DNA of 62,618 nucleotides, the filler included, from Actinomycetota bacterium (GTDB lineage: Bacteria; Actinomycetota; Actinomycetes; JAKEEW01), in NCBI GenBank assembly GCA_046725875.1. It is 6 parts of 6 records of this genome, joined end to end, with 100 filler letters (N's around TTAATTAATTAA, not from the genome) between each part and the next. Parts side by side here need not be neighbours in the genome. Positions count along the whole stretch, not along the records: positions 1 to 5,782 come from JBKOZJ010000124.1; positions 5,883 to 13,784 come from JBKOZJ010000125.1; 4 more parts are not named here. The stretch is one strand, 5' to 3'. Numbering within the stretch: the stretch's first letter is position 1; every line of letters starts with the position of its first letter. The notes below the pieces were generated by a model, which was not told where the DNA came from, searched no databases, and saw only the letters and a list, made by a program, of their open reading frames with translations. Position numbers and translations under genes: made by a program. Positions 1 to 9,548 of the stretch are shown piece after piece.

Positions 1-325
1 AGGAGGCGGCTGCCGCTGTCCAGGCGTCGCTGCCGAGCTCGTGCCGTTCATGCCCTGGGCTCATGAGGGGTACGACGCCGCGGCGGCCGGCACCTTCGTC
101 GGACAGCTCGGATGTGGGCTGGGCCGAGGGCAAGCAGTGGAGCTATGCGCTCTTCGACCGGTCGGGCGTACTGGTCGGCTCCTGCGGGCTGCACGACCGG
201 GTCGGCCCGGTGCGCTCGAGATCGGCTACTGGCTGCACTCCGACTACACGGGGCGCGGCTACGCGACGATGGCCACGAAGGCGCTCACCAACGCCGCCCT
301 CGCCCAACCCCGGATCGAGCATAGG
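1..325 (+). pseudogene. RimJ/RimL-type GNAT N-acetyltransferase, frameshifted and truncated
   Basis: Family-like segments alternate between frames: ELVPFMPWAHEGY / WSYALFDRSGVLVGSCGLHDRVGP / GALEIGYWLHSDYTGRGYAT. Similarity is lost after about 325; start lies outside the window. Confidence 0.7.
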
Positions 326-460
326 CGCACGCTTGCCTCGGTCGCGAGGCTTGCTCGGCGACCCTGCAGGTCGTGCTCGTTCCCATCTGTGTGGAACCCA
401 CCCGAGCGCGCGAGCCTGCGCCACGGCGCTCCCGAATCGCGGCTTCCTAGATCATCTACC

Positions 461-530
461 TGTCCGTCATACGTCCGTGGACAGTTATAGACGCATGGAC
501 CCGATGGGACTCAGTTGGACTCATCCGGAC
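461..530. repeat. Phased short direct repeats, putative integrase-arm/excisionase sites
   Basis: YGTCCGT at 461 and 472 (11-bp period); GGAC at 497, 507, 517, 527 (exact 10-bp period); adjacent to the att core. Confidence 0.45.
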
Positions 531-584
531 CGGCCAAAGACTGCTCGCACACCGCATAGTCTAGGTAGTCCGGCGTTTCCGCAG

Positions 585-600
585 GTAGTGGCAGGTGTTG
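585..600. repeat. 16-bp target-site duplication, left copy
   Basis: GTAGTGGCAGGTGTTG, identical to 1973-1988 and abutting the IS end. Confidence 0.9.
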
Positions 601-1972
601 TGTCGTCCATCAGGACATCCGCGACGGGGTCTCTCAAGACATGCGCGACAGCTCTGTCGGGGCATCGGCGACACGGCGGTGAGATCCCGAGCGGGTGGGC
701 CGGTGGTCGCGATGCTCGGGCATGTCGAAGGCCCGTCTGGTTCTCACTGCCCTGTTCGTTGATCGCCAGACCCCGGCGGAGGTGTCCCGCCGGTACGGGG
801 TGCATCGGTCGTGGGTGCACCGGCTGAGGGCCCGCTACGAGGCGGAGGGCGAGGCCGCGTTGGAGCCCCGGTCGCGGCGCCCGAGGCGGTCGCCGACGGC
901 GATCGACCCGGCCACCGTCGAGCTGATCGTCGGGCTGCGGGAGGAGCTGCGTGCGGCGGGGCTGGACGCCGGGCCGGACACCATCGCCTGGCATCTGCGC
1001 CGGCATCACGCCACCACCGTGTCGCCGGCGACGATTAGCCGCTACCTGGCCCGGGCGGGGCTGGTCACCCCGCAGCCGCAGAAGCGACCCCGCTCGTCCT
1101 ACCTGCGGTTCGCCGCCGACCTGCCCAACCAGTGCTGGCAGTCCGACGTCACCCACTACGGCCTGGCCGGCGCCGGCACCGACGCGGAGATCCTGACCTG
1201 GCTGGACGACTGTTCCCGGTTCGCGGTATCGGTGAGCGCGCACGAGCGGGTGACCGGCCCGATCGTGGCCGCCACGTTCACCGACACCACCGCCCGCCAC
1301 GGGGTGCCCGCCGCCACGCTGACCGACAACGGGATGGTCTACACGACGAGGTTCTCCGGTGGCCGCGGCGGCCGCAACCGGTTCGAGGTCCAGCTGCGCC
1401 GCCTCGGTGTGGTGCAGAAGAACTCCCGCCCCAACCACCCCACCACCTGCGGCAAAGTGGAAAGGTTCCAACAAACCCTGAAGAAGTGGCTGGCCGCCCA
1501 ACCCCACCAGCCCGCCACCATCGCCGAACTGCAGGCCCTCCTCGATCTGTTCGTCGAGCAGTACAACCACCACCGGCCGCACCGGTCCCTGCCGCACCGG
1601 GCCATCCCCGCCGCGATCTACACATCGCTGCCCAAGGCGCTCCCGGCCGGCGACCGGAACGCCGACACCCACGACCGCATCCGCCACGACCGCATCGACA
1701 CCACTGGAGTCGTCACCCTTCGCCACGCCGGTCGGCTCCACCACATCGGCATCGGCCGAACCCACGCCCGAACCCACGTCATCCTGCTCGTCCAGGACCG
1801 GGACATCCGCGTGATCAACGCCGCCACCGGCGAACTACTGCGCGAGCTCGTCCTCGACCCCACCCGCGACTACCAGCCCACCGGAGCCTCCAAAGGCCCC
1901 ACCCGCAAACAACAAACAGGCTGAACCCACAACCGCAGGTTCGACCGGTCGCCGATGTCTTGAGAGATCACA
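601..1972 (+). mobile_element. IS481-like insertion sequence, complete (1372 bp)
   Basis: TGT...ACA termini. IRL TGTCGTCCATCAGGACATCCGCGACGGG vs IRR TGTGATCTCTCAAGACATCGGCGACCGG (21/28). About three tandem binding-site repeats at the left end, single DDE transposase, exact 16-bp flanking direct repeat. Confidence 0.92.
722..1924 (+). CDS. IS481-family DDE transposase
   Basis: N-terminal HTH, PNQCWQSD, WLDDCSR, LTDNG, PNHPTTCGKVERFQQTLKKWL, YNHHRPHRSL. Confidence 0.95.
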   Translation: MSKARLVLTALFVDRQTPAEVSRRYGVHRSWVHRLRARYEAEGEAALEPRSRRPRRSPTAIDPATVELIVGLREELRAAGLDAGPDTIAWHLRRHHATTVSPATISRYLARAGLVTPQPQKRPRSSYLRFAADLPNQCWQSDVTHYGLAGAGTDAEILTWLDDCSRFAVSVSAHERVTGPIVAATFTDTTARHGVPAATLTDNGMVYTTRFSGGRGGRNRFEVQLRRLGVVQKNSRPNHPTTCGKVERFQQTLKKWLAAQPHQPATIAELQALLDLFVEQYNHHRPHRSLPHRAIPAAIYTSLPKALPAGDRNADTHDRIRHDRIDTTGVVTLRHAGRLHHIGIGRTHARTHVILLVQDRDIRVINAATGELLRELVLDPTRDYQPTGASKGPTRKQQTG

Positions 1973-1988
1973 GTAGTGGCAGGTGTTG
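1973..1988. repeat. 16-bp target-site duplication, right copy
   Basis: GTAGTGGCAGGTGTTG, identical to 585-600. Confidence 0.9.
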
Positions 1989-2030
1989 GATTCGAACCAA
2001 CGTAGGCTGAGCCGACGGTTTTACAGACCG
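1977..2030 (-). pseudogene. 3' half of tRNA-Tyr(GTA), att-site remnant
   Basis: Minus strand CGGT-CTGTAAA-ACCG anticodon arm, long variable arm, GTTGG-TTCGAAT-CCAAC T arm, ACCTGCC-A acceptor strand. No canonical D arm or 5' half. Confidence 0.85.
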
Positions 2031-2198
2031 AGCCGCAGCGACGGTCGTAGCCGGCTGACCTGCGTCAACACCAACCCGCTGGCCATAGGCACTAGTGTTC
2101 GTCCGCAGGGCGTCCGCAGACGACCGTCCGCTAGCCGAGGACAACGGGTGCCGGTCGTGAGAGGGCTGTCCAGGGGGTCGTCGGGAGGTGAAAGCGCG

Positions 2199-2624
2199 AT
2201 GAGCGAGCAGGACTACGACCGGGTTCCCGAGGATGACGGGGTACTGGCGCCGGCGGACTCACTGGAGACCGACGACCTAGACGCCGACGTTCTCGACACC
2301 GGCGTCGACGCCGGGGAAGGGTACCGAGGCGCCACCCGGTACGGCACGACCTGGCAGGAGGAGCGCCGCGGGGAGAGCCTCGACCAGTTGCTCGCGGAGG
2401 AGGAACCGGAGCAGGCAACGGACGAACCGTGGACCGACGAGGACATGCCCTCGGACGAGGACCGGACCGCGCTGCCGCGATCGGGGCGCCTGGTCGCACC
2501 CGACGAGGGCTCGCATCCCGATACCGAGGGGGAGGCGGTCGCCTTCGACGCCGGTATCGACGGCGGCGGCGCGGCTGCGGAGGAAGCGGCCATGCACGAG
2601 ACCGACGAGCCGCCCTTCAGTTGA
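2199..2624 (+). CDS. Acidic DUF5709-type protein
   Basis: GTTxxEERRGESLDQLLAEEEPE, RSGRLVAPDEG, GIDGGGAAAEEAAMH; RBS GGAGGTG. Confidence 0.8.
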   Translation: MSEQDYDRVPEDDGVLAPADSLETDDLDADVLDTGVDAGEGYRGATRYGTTWQEERRGESLDQLLAEEEPEQATDEPWTDEDMPSDEDRTALPRSGRLVAPDEGSHPDTEGEAVAFDAGIDGGGAAAEEAAMHETDEPPFS

Positions 2625-2741
2625 GCGGGGCTGACCTGCCGACTCGAATCGATTTGGTGATCTCGGGTCGGGCGGTTGCTCGAATCCACTCGCGTGCACG
2701 AACGTTGCGGCCCGGTCATCGACCAGACGACCTGGCCGAGC

Positions 2742-3062
2742 GGGTGTGTTGCATTAGTCGATAGCGGAGCATGCCGAGCAGGCTGGTCGTTTGAGCTGAA
2801 GCCTCAGATGACCTTGGCTGGTTCGGCGAACGAGACAGCGAGCCGGCGACGTGCCGGCTCGTGGGCGGCGATCTCATCGTGCCCGCGGCGCAGGTTCTGG
2901 ATGAAGGCGTGGATACCAGCGCACCCCCAGCACGATCACCTCCGGCGGGAAGCGCAAGCCGGCGACGCCGAGCGAGGAGGAGCGGGTAGGACAGCCCGCC
3001 GAGTCAGCCGCATGCGGCGCAAGCATGCCGAAGCACGCGGCCTCGCTCAATGCGACAGACCC
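2742..3062 (-). mobile_element. Internally deleted IS6-family element (321 bp)
   Basis: IRs GGGTGTGTTGCATT / GGGTCTGTCGCATT (12/14). Transposase N-terminus (AGLRFPPEVIVLGVRWY) directly abuts its C-terminus (AFIQNLRRGH...AKVI*). Confidence 0.75.
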
Positions 3063-3260
3063 CGTCGGGCAGCGCCTCGGGCGGGTAGTGCAGGTCGTGG
3101 AAGTCGACATCCAGGTGCTGAACCCGGAAGCCGACGACGCAGTGGCACGGCTCCAGGCACGCCGGGAACCGGCCGTACCGCTGGTAGACGTACTCGCAGT
3201 ACGCGACGATGGCCTCCACCGCCTTCTCGCTGGCGCGGTGCCACGCGTCATGAGACGGTG
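3063..3260 (-). pseudogene. C-terminal fragment of a hypothetical protein, abutting the mini-IS6
   Basis: Protein-like stretch EAIVAYCEYVYQRYGRFPA...HLDVDFHDLHYPPEAL with no credible start. Confidence 0.4.
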
Positions 3261-3450
3261 CCAGTCCGCGTCGACCGAGCTCGTCCCCCAGTTGATCCCC
3301 GTTGTGGGTAGCAGCTGACCCCAGCAGATCCACTACGGCGAGGTCGAATCCGTCAAAACGCGCTGTCAGGACATTCAAGACCCGCCCGAGCCGGCTTCAT
3401 AGGGTCGTGATCAGTGTGAACAAGCGCTGCGAGCCAGCTGGAGGGAATCA

Positions 3451-3993
3451 ATGCAGATCAAGCAGGCAGGTGCCCGTCGCGCCGCGATTGCCGGCGTCGT
3501 ATTGACGGCGCTCAGTCTCGTCGGGATGCCACAGGCGAGTGCTAATCCAATGGTGGAGGCGGCGTCCGGTGGCGCGCACTGGACGATCGAGCTACCGAAC
3601 CCGTTCGGTGTCGAGGTGGGCAACAAGCTGGCCTTCACCGCGAGAGAGACCGTGTCAGGCGAGGTCACCGGATCGTGGGCATACCAGCAGACCGTCGAGG
3701 GAGAAACCTTCAGGTTCGTCGGGCATATCAGCTGCCTCAACGTCTACGACGGGAACCGTGCCAAGCTCGGTGGAGTCGTGGACTACAGCAACGACCCGAC
3801 AGTGCTGGTCGGCTCGTTCGGATGGTTCCAGGTCTTCGACAACGGCCAGGGCGCGACCGACCCGCCCGACCGGTCGAGCCTGGTCGGCTTCGGCGATGAG
3901 GCCGCGAACGAGGCCTTCTGCAACAGCCCGAACCTCCCCCGCTTCGGCCCATGGGACGTCCAGGGCAACGTGTCGGTCACCACAACCGGGTGA
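3451..3993 (+). CDS. Secreted hypothetical protein (beta-rich, two Cys)
   Basis: RBS GGAGGG, Sec signal ending ASA, good coding composition. Confidence 0.8.
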   Translation: MQIKQAGARRAAIAGVVLTALSLVGMPQASANPMVEAASGGAHWTIELPNPFGVEVGNKLAFTARETVSGEVTGSWAYQQTVEGETFRFVGHISCLNVYDGNRAKLGGVVDYSNDPTVLVGSFGWFQVFDNGQGATDPPDRSSLVGFGDEAANEAFCNSPNLPRFGPWDVQGNVSVTTTG

Positions 3994-4009
3994 CAGGAGG
4001 TCATTCCGG

Positions 4010-4876
4010 TCAGCGCCGCCGGGCCTGTCGATAGCGACCCGGCGGGAGCCCGGCTTGGCGCTTAAACTCGCGGGTGAAGTGGCTCTGATCGGCGAACCCG
4101 GCAGCAAGAGCGATCTCGCTGATCGAACCGCTGCCGGCGGCCAGCTGTTCCGCCGCCCACTCGATCCTGAGCTGCCTGACGTAGGTTGCCGGCGAGACGC
4201 CGTAGTGCTCGCGGAAGCGACGAGCCAGATGCAGCGCCGAGACCCCGATTCGGCTACCGATCACATCAAGGTCGAGGGAATCGAGGAAGTGAGTCCGTAT
4301 GAGCTCCTCGGCCTGCGACAGCCACACCGGTGCATGTCGGCGCCGGCCCCAGCCGCTGTCCGCCCGGGCCGCGCTGACCAGGACATCAAGGACGAGGGAG
4401 TGCACCGCCAGCCGGGATGCCGAGTCTGGCCGGGCCAGCTCCCTGACGATCCGACGGGCGGTGCCCGCGATCACCCCGTCCCTGAAGCCGTGCACCCGTT
4501 CGAGAAAGGCGACGCATGGGCCGAGCCCGTCGAGTCGATCGGGAGCCACTTCGATCGACACGATGCGGGCACCGGACGGACCCACCCGGTTGACATGCTC
4601 CTCCCATCGGGGCTCAGTGCCGACCGTGGACGCCGTGCACGATCGGGTTCTCCCTACGATGTCGATCTCCAACTCACCGTCGAGAAGGACGCCCAGGCCT
4701 GGATTCTCGTGCGCGTGCCGGGGGACGACGGTGTACGGCGCGAACGAAGCGTCGACGACCAACAGTCCATCGATCTTCATCGACTCATGTCGCCAGCTAC
4801 CGGTCGCGGGCGGGAAGATGTCGGCGCGGACGGTTCGCGCCGCGCCAGCGTCCGTCCTAGCGAGCGGTGCGCTCAC
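4010..4876 (-). CDS. AraC-family transcriptional regulator
   Basis: Cupin PRHAHE; C-terminal ISEIALAAGFADQSHFTREFKRQAGLPPGRYR; -10 TAGCAT 6 nt before GTG. Confidence 0.93.
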   Translation of the reverse strand: MSAPLARTDAGAARTVRADIFPPATGSWRHESMKIDGLLVVDASFAPYTVVPRHAHENPGLGVLLDGELEIDIVGRTRSCTASTVGTEPRWEEHVNRVGPSGARIVSIEVAPDRLDGLGPCVAFLERVHGFRDGVIAGTARRIVRELARPDSASRLAVHSLVLDVLVSAARADSGWGRRRHAPVWLSQAEELIRTHFLDSLDLDVIGSRIGVSALHLARRFREHYGVSPATYVRQLRIEWAAEQLAAGSGSISEIALAAGFADQSHFTREFKRQAGLPPGRYRQARRR

Positions 4877-4978
4877 CCTTCGATGCTAGTGGTCCCCGAC
4901 CTGCGGGCCCGAGACCATGGCGGCGCAAGATCCGGCGCACCGACCTCGCCGAGACCGTGATCCCGAACATGCGGACCT

Positions 4979-5200
4979 TGTGGCGGCTTCAGAACCCGGA
5001 CTCGGACTGTGACCTGGGGTTTCGCTGGCGCTGGGTCTGGGCGGCCAGACTACGCGCTCATGGTCTGGTCCTTGATGTACAGCCTGACACGCCGCGCGCT
5101 CGGGTTGATCGTGCTCGCCGTCCGTAGTGACGCGGCCGAGGATGTCGAAATGCTGGTCCTGCGCCACCTCACCGGCCGAACCATAATTTGACGGCCCACA
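4979..5200 (+). mobile_element. Internally deleted actinobacterial integrase-core (rve) IS remnant
   Basis: TGTGG...CCACA ends around MVWSLMYSLTRRALGLIVLAVRSDAAEDVEMLVLRH, which resembles the N-terminus of these transposases. Confidence 0.6.
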
Positions 5201-5509
5201 AGCTAAATCAAGCTCGGAACCCGCCGTAACTTCGGCCTAGACGTCAGCTACGACGAGCCGGACACCTCCGAGCTGACGCAGGTCATCGAGCACGCAATCT
5301 CACCGCTCGCCGACGACTCCGGTGACTTCGCACCAGACACGGGGACCGGCTTGTCGTGACGTGTGGCCAAGGCATCGCCGCCCTCGAGGTCGGCCCGCGT
5401 GGTGCGGTCCTGTGATCGAGCACGGCGCCACTGGCGGGCGCATATGAGATCCGACCCCGACGCGCTGGATCGACGCTCCCGCTGTCGGGGGGCGCGGGCG
5501 GGTGGGCAC

Positions 5510-5640
5510 CGTTCACTGGTGCCGCGGGTCCCACACCAAGATGTCGGGGAGGTTGTTGCGCTGGTTCGGGATCAGTTGTTCGCCCAGGAGGCGTGCGCCA
5601 CGGGACATCTTTCCGCGGAGATGTCAGGTCGCTCTTACCG
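5510..5640 (-). pseudogene. Degenerate TolB/PD40-like propeller repeat
   Basis: PDISAERCPVAHASWANN / frameshift / LIPNQRNNLPDILVWD resembles PxISADGRxVAFxSxAxNLVPxDTNxxxDIFVxD. Confidence 0.35.
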
Positions 5641-5782
5641 TTAGCCTGCTGGCCGCGATTCCTTCCGTACGCGCCCCGATCCGGGAAGCGGAAGACCTGA
5701 GATGGGCGGAGGGTCCCTGCCGGTGCCGTGAGTGTCGGGACGGGACGGTCAGTCCTGCTCGCCGATTTGGCTGTCAAGCAGC

Positions 5783-5882
5783 NNNNNNNNNNNNNNNNNN
5801 NNNNNNNNNNNNNNNNNNNNNNNNNNTTAATTAATTAANNNNNNNNNNNNNNNNNNNNNNNNNNNNNNNNNNNNNNNNNNNN
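5783..5882. other. Artificial contig spacer
   Basis: N run, TTAATTAATTAA, N run; 100 bp. Confidence 0.99.
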
Positions 5883-5884
5883 CC

Positions 5885-7348
5885 GAGCTCCGACAGACCG
5901 GGGCGAACCAGACGACAGACCAGATCAAGCTCTACAGTGACGCGGTCCGGCTCTTCACGGAGCTTGGCGTTGCCGAGGCACGGCCGGGTCAGGTTGCTTA
6001 CTGGCGGTCGGTTGCGTGCCGGACATACGGAGCCGCGGTCGGCGGTCTCGACGCTCGCGCCGGTCCCGTACACCTCAACATCCCGTTCCGCGAGCCCCTC
6101 GTCGACGAGCATGCACCCGATGGGGCCGGATGGGTCGAGCCCCTCGAGGGGCGGCCGGACGGATCGCCGTGGACTCATCTAGAAGGTGCCCTACCGCCGA
6201 TTAGCTTGGAGCAAGGGGCCCTGCTACTGGACCCGCCAGAGCGGGGGGCGGTGGTGGTCGGCGACGGGCCGATCGACCCGGACGCCGCGATAGCGCTTGC
6301 CGAGGCGTGTGGCTGGCCGATCCTGTCCGAGCCGACCGGCAACGCGCGCCGCGGAGAGAACGCGATCTCGACCTATCCGCTGCTGCTCGCGGACTCCGAC
6401 TTCGCGCTCGCCCATCGGCCGGAGCTGGTTGTAACGGTGGGCAAGCCCGGGCTGTCCCGCGGACTGATGAGCTGGCTGCAGACCGCGGATCGCCACGTCG
6501 TAGTCGACCCGCATCCCGACTGGGCCGATCCGACCAGGACGGCGGCGATTGTCCTGCCGGCCGTGCCGAGCCCGTCCGAACGGCGCAGGCCCAGTGATTG
6601 GCTGCGGTCCTGGCGGGCCGCGGACACGGCTGCCGCGCTTGCCGTCGACGCCGTGCTCGACGAGTCGCCCACCGTCAGCGAACCGCAGCTCGCCAGGTAC
6701 CTCGCCGCGACGGTGCCCGGCGGGTCGCTGCTCTTTATCGCCTCCAGCAAGCCGATCCGCGACCTGGAGCTCGCCATGCGGCCGAGGGTGGGCTTGCGGA
6801 TAGCCGCGAACCGCGGGGTCAACGGGATCGACGGCCTGGTCTCGTCCGCGCTGGGGGCGGCGCTGGCCTGGCAGGACGATCGCGCCAGCGAGCCGCCGGG
6901 CGGGTCCGGCGGCCACGCCTACGCGCTGCTTGGCGACCTCGCCTACCTGCACGACCGCAACGGTCTCGCGCTCGGACCGGACGAGCCCCGCCCCGACCTC
7001 ACGATCGTGGTGGTCGACAACGGAGGTGGCGCGATCTTCTCGCTCCTGCCGCAGGCAGAGGTCGAAGGCTTCGAGCGACTATTCGGCACGCCACACGCCT
7101 TGGACGTCGCCGCCGACGCCGCAGCGGCCGGGATCGATGCCGTCCAGCCCCTAAGCCGGGACGACTTGCCCGCGGCGCTCCGGCCCGCGAAGGGCCTCCG
7201 CGTCGTCCATGTCCGAACCGACCGGACGACGGCGACTGCGCTTCACCGCCACCTTGAACAAGCCGTCGCGGCGGCGATCGCGCCGATCATGGGTTCCGCA
7301 CACGACTCGGACAAAGAGGACAAATCCGAGGACGAGGCGGGGCGTTAG
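5885..7348 (+). CDS. menD: SEPHCHC synthase MenD, 5'-truncated
   Basis: Frame open from the contig edge: ELRQTGANQT, GPVHLNIPFREPL, ANRGVNGIDG, LLGDLAYLHD, DNGGGAIF, FERLFGTPH. Confidence 0.95.
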   Translation, partial: ELRQTGANQTTDQIKLYSDAVRLFTELGVAEARPGQVAYWRSVACRTYGAAVGGLDARAGPVHLNIPFREPLVDEHAPDGAGWVEPLEGRPDGSPWTHLEGALPPISLEQGALLLDPPERGAVVVGDGPIDPDAAIALAEACGWPILSEPTGNARRGENAISTYPLLLADSDFALAHRPELVVTVGKPGLSRGLMSWLQTADRHVVVDPHPDWADPTRTAAIVLPAVPSPSERRRPSDWLRSWRAADTAAALAVDAVLDESPTVSEPQLARYLAATVPGGSLLFIASSKPIRDLELAMRPRVGLRIAANRGVNGIDGLVSSALGAALAWQDDRASEPPGGSGGHAYALLGDLAYLHDRNGLALGPDEPRPDLTIVVVDNGGGAIFSLLPQAEVEGFERLFGTPHALDVAADAAAAGIDAVQPLSRDDLPAALRPAKGLRVVHVRTDRTTATALHRHLEQAVAAAIAPIMGSAHDSDKEDKSEDEAGR

Positions 7349-7519
7349 GCACAGCGGAAGCTGTCAATCGCGGCAAACGCGGCGTCCAGCCGCGGATGCA
7401 CGCATTACGATCCGTGCGATTGGTAGCAGCGAGTACGGGCCGCACGGGGGTTCCACGGGGTTGCCAAGGGGCGCTTGACGTCCGTACCGCGTCCGCGATC
7501 CACCTGCTCGGAGTTTGCG

Positions 7520-8032
7520 ATGGCCCATATCCGTGTGCACGAAGAGCCGACGCTGAGTGGTCGAATGGCCCGCGGCGCCCTCGGCGGCCTTCTTGCCGGG
7601 CTGGCGTTCGCGGCCGTGGCGGCATGGAACATCACCGCCAGCAACGGCTCGGTTCGGCAGCTCTTCCTCGTCATCTCGACGATCGTGCTCGGCGACGACG
7701 CGGTGCTGACCGGCGAGGCCGATTACGCGATCGGCCTCTTGGTCCACTTCGCAATCTCCATCTTCTATGGAATGGCCTTCGGGCTGATCTCCTCCCGACT
7801 CCGTACCAATGGGACGGTCGCGCTGGTCGGTGCTCTTTACGGCGTGGCGATCTACCTGCTGGACTTTCGCGTCTTTGCGCCGCTCTGGTTCCAGATATTC
7901 GAGGGGGTAGACCAGTCGTTCGAGCTGCTCATCCACATCCTGTACGGCCTGATCGTGGCTTTGGCCTTCTACAGCTCGGACGCCCGCCGGGGCGAACCCT
8001 TCATCAAGATCAGCCGGGCTCGCCGCCGCTAG
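7520..8032 (+). CDS. Four-TM membrane protein
   Basis: Hydrophobic helices with His in GLLVHF and LLIHILYG; RBS GGAG. Confidence 0.75.
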   Translation: MAHIRVHEEPTLSGRMARGALGGLLAGLAFAAVAAWNITASNGSVRQLFLVISTIVLGDDAVLTGEADYAIGLLVHFAISIFYGMAFGLISSRLRTNGTVALVGALYGVAIYLLDFRVFAPLWFQIFEGVDQSFELLIHILYGLIVALAFYSSDARRGEPFIKISRARRR

Positions 8033-8058
8033 CCGGGCACCCCGAGCGGAGAGGGACA

Positions 8059-9399
8059 CTAGCCTTCGAGGGCGTCGCGGATGGCAACGAACTTCGCCTG
8101 CGCTTCGGCGACCTCGGTGTCCGGGTCGGAGCCGGCGACGATGCCGCAGCCGGCGAAGAGCCGCACCCGGTTGCCGTCCACCTCGGCACAGCGCAGCGCG
8201 ATGCACCACTCGCCGTCGCCGTTCGCGTCGAGCCAACCGACCGGCCCGGCATACCGGCCGCGGTTCATGCCTTCGAGCTCCCGAATCGCGTCCAAGGACA
8301 CGTCGGTCGGGGTCCCGGCCACGGCGGCCGTCGGGTGTAGGGCGCCAGCGAGGGTGAGCGCATCGACGTCGCCGGCGAGCCACCCGGTGACCTCGCTCGC
8401 CAGATGCAGGACGTTGGACAGCCGCAGAATCGTCGGCTCGACCGGCACGGTGAGCTCGGCACAGTAGGGGGCTAGAGCCTCCGCTGCCGAGCGTGTCGCG
8501 TACACATGCTCTTCCTGGTCCTTGGCGGAGGCGATCAGCTCGGCGGCAAGCAGATCCTCGTCCTCCGCGCCCGGGTGCCGCCAGGCCGTTCCGGCGAGCA
8601 CGAGGGAGCGGATGTCTGGTCCGGTGCGCTGGACGAGGAGTTCGGGAGTGGCGCCGACCAGGCCGTCGACCGCGAAGGTCCAGCAGTCGGGGAAGCGGTT
8701 GGCTAGCGAGAGCAGCAGCCGCCTGATGTCGACTGGGTCGTCGGCGAGTGCGAGAAGGTCGCGAGCGAGCACAACCTTGTCGAGCCGGCCCGCGTTGATC
8801 TGCCGGACCGCCTCGGCCACGGCGGCCCGCCACGCGGTCACCGGTACCGATCCTTCCGACCAGCGAATCGCGCCGGCGTGCGGGGGGATGGTGGGCGTCG
8901 AGAGCCCGGTGGGGACGACCCCGGTCGACCGGACCATCGGGCCGTGCGCGGCCGCCGGTTGGAGATCGTCCGGGTCAATGCGGTCGACCGTGACGGTCGT
9001 GAGCCAACCGCGGCCGTCCCGCCGGCCAAGCACAACCTTGGGTACGACGAGAACCGAGCTGCCGGTTTCCTCGTCGAAGGCGAAGCTGCCGAATGCCACC
9101 GCGCCGGTTCCCGGCGCTTCGACCGCATCCTCGATCGTCAGGGACTCGGTGAAGTCATGCCACCAGTTCGCCGCCTCCGCGCAATGTTTCTGGCCGGTGA
9201 TCTCGAACCGGGCGGCCTCACCCCAGGCGACCATGCCGTCACCCCGCCGTACCCAGGCCAGGCCGCTGTTCTGTGGCAGCCTCACGAGCAGCGCGGCCGG
9301 CTCGGGCACCGGGATCGTGCGGACAACCGTCGCCGGTCGCCGCCGTCCAGTGCCCACGGCCGACCAGACTACGTGGCCCCTGGACAACCTCGTCACCAC
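8059..9399 (-). CDS. menF: Isochorismate synthase (start uncertain)
   Basis: [52 protein letters not shown]; lies between menD and menG. Confidence 0.9.
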   Translation of the reverse strand: MVTRLSRGHVVWSAVGTGRRRPATVVRTIPVPEPAALLVRLPQNSGLAWVRRGDGMVAWGEAARFEITGQKHCAEAANWWHDFTESLTIEDAVEAPGTGAVAFGSFAFDEETGSSVLVVPKVVLGRRDGRGWLTTVTVDRIDPDDLQPAAAHGPMVRSTGVVPTGLSTPTIPPHAGAIRWSEGSVPVTAWRAAVAEAVRQINAGRLDKVVLARDLLALADDPVDIRRLLLSLANRFPDCWTFAVDGLVGATPELLVQRTGPDIRSLVLAGTAWRHPGAEDEDLLAAELIASAKDQEEHVYATRSAAEALAPYCAELTVPVEPTILRLSNVLHLASEVTGWLAGDVDALTLAGALHPTAAVAGTPTDVSLDAIRELEGMNRGRYAGPVGWLDANGDGEWCIALRCAEVDGNRVRLFAGCGIVAGSDPDTEVAEAQAKFVAIRDALEG

Positions 9400-9548
9400 C
9401 CGGCCGGATTGTCCCGGCCGCTCGAGCCACGGCCATGCGCTCGGCGACCCGGATATCAACTGCGGTTTCCAGGGGTATACGAGACCCGCCCGGCCGTCCT
9501 TATGACCTGCGCTCGATCGAGCTGGCGGGCCGTGCGACGCTCTACGGC

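Noticed and set aside
521..1777. Long antisense and alternate-frame ORFs (also 3539-4960, 7364-8833, 18345-19775, 41538-43283 and others)
   Set aside because: Shadow ORFs of real genes in high-GC DNA; Arg/Pro/Gly-rich with no family motifs.
1977..2065. Possible complete tRNA-Tyr, using GCAGGT near 2058-2063 as the 5' acceptor strand
   Set aside because: The intervening segment is too long and lacks a D-arm consensus; the same GCTGACCTGC motif recurs at about 2630 with no tRNA.
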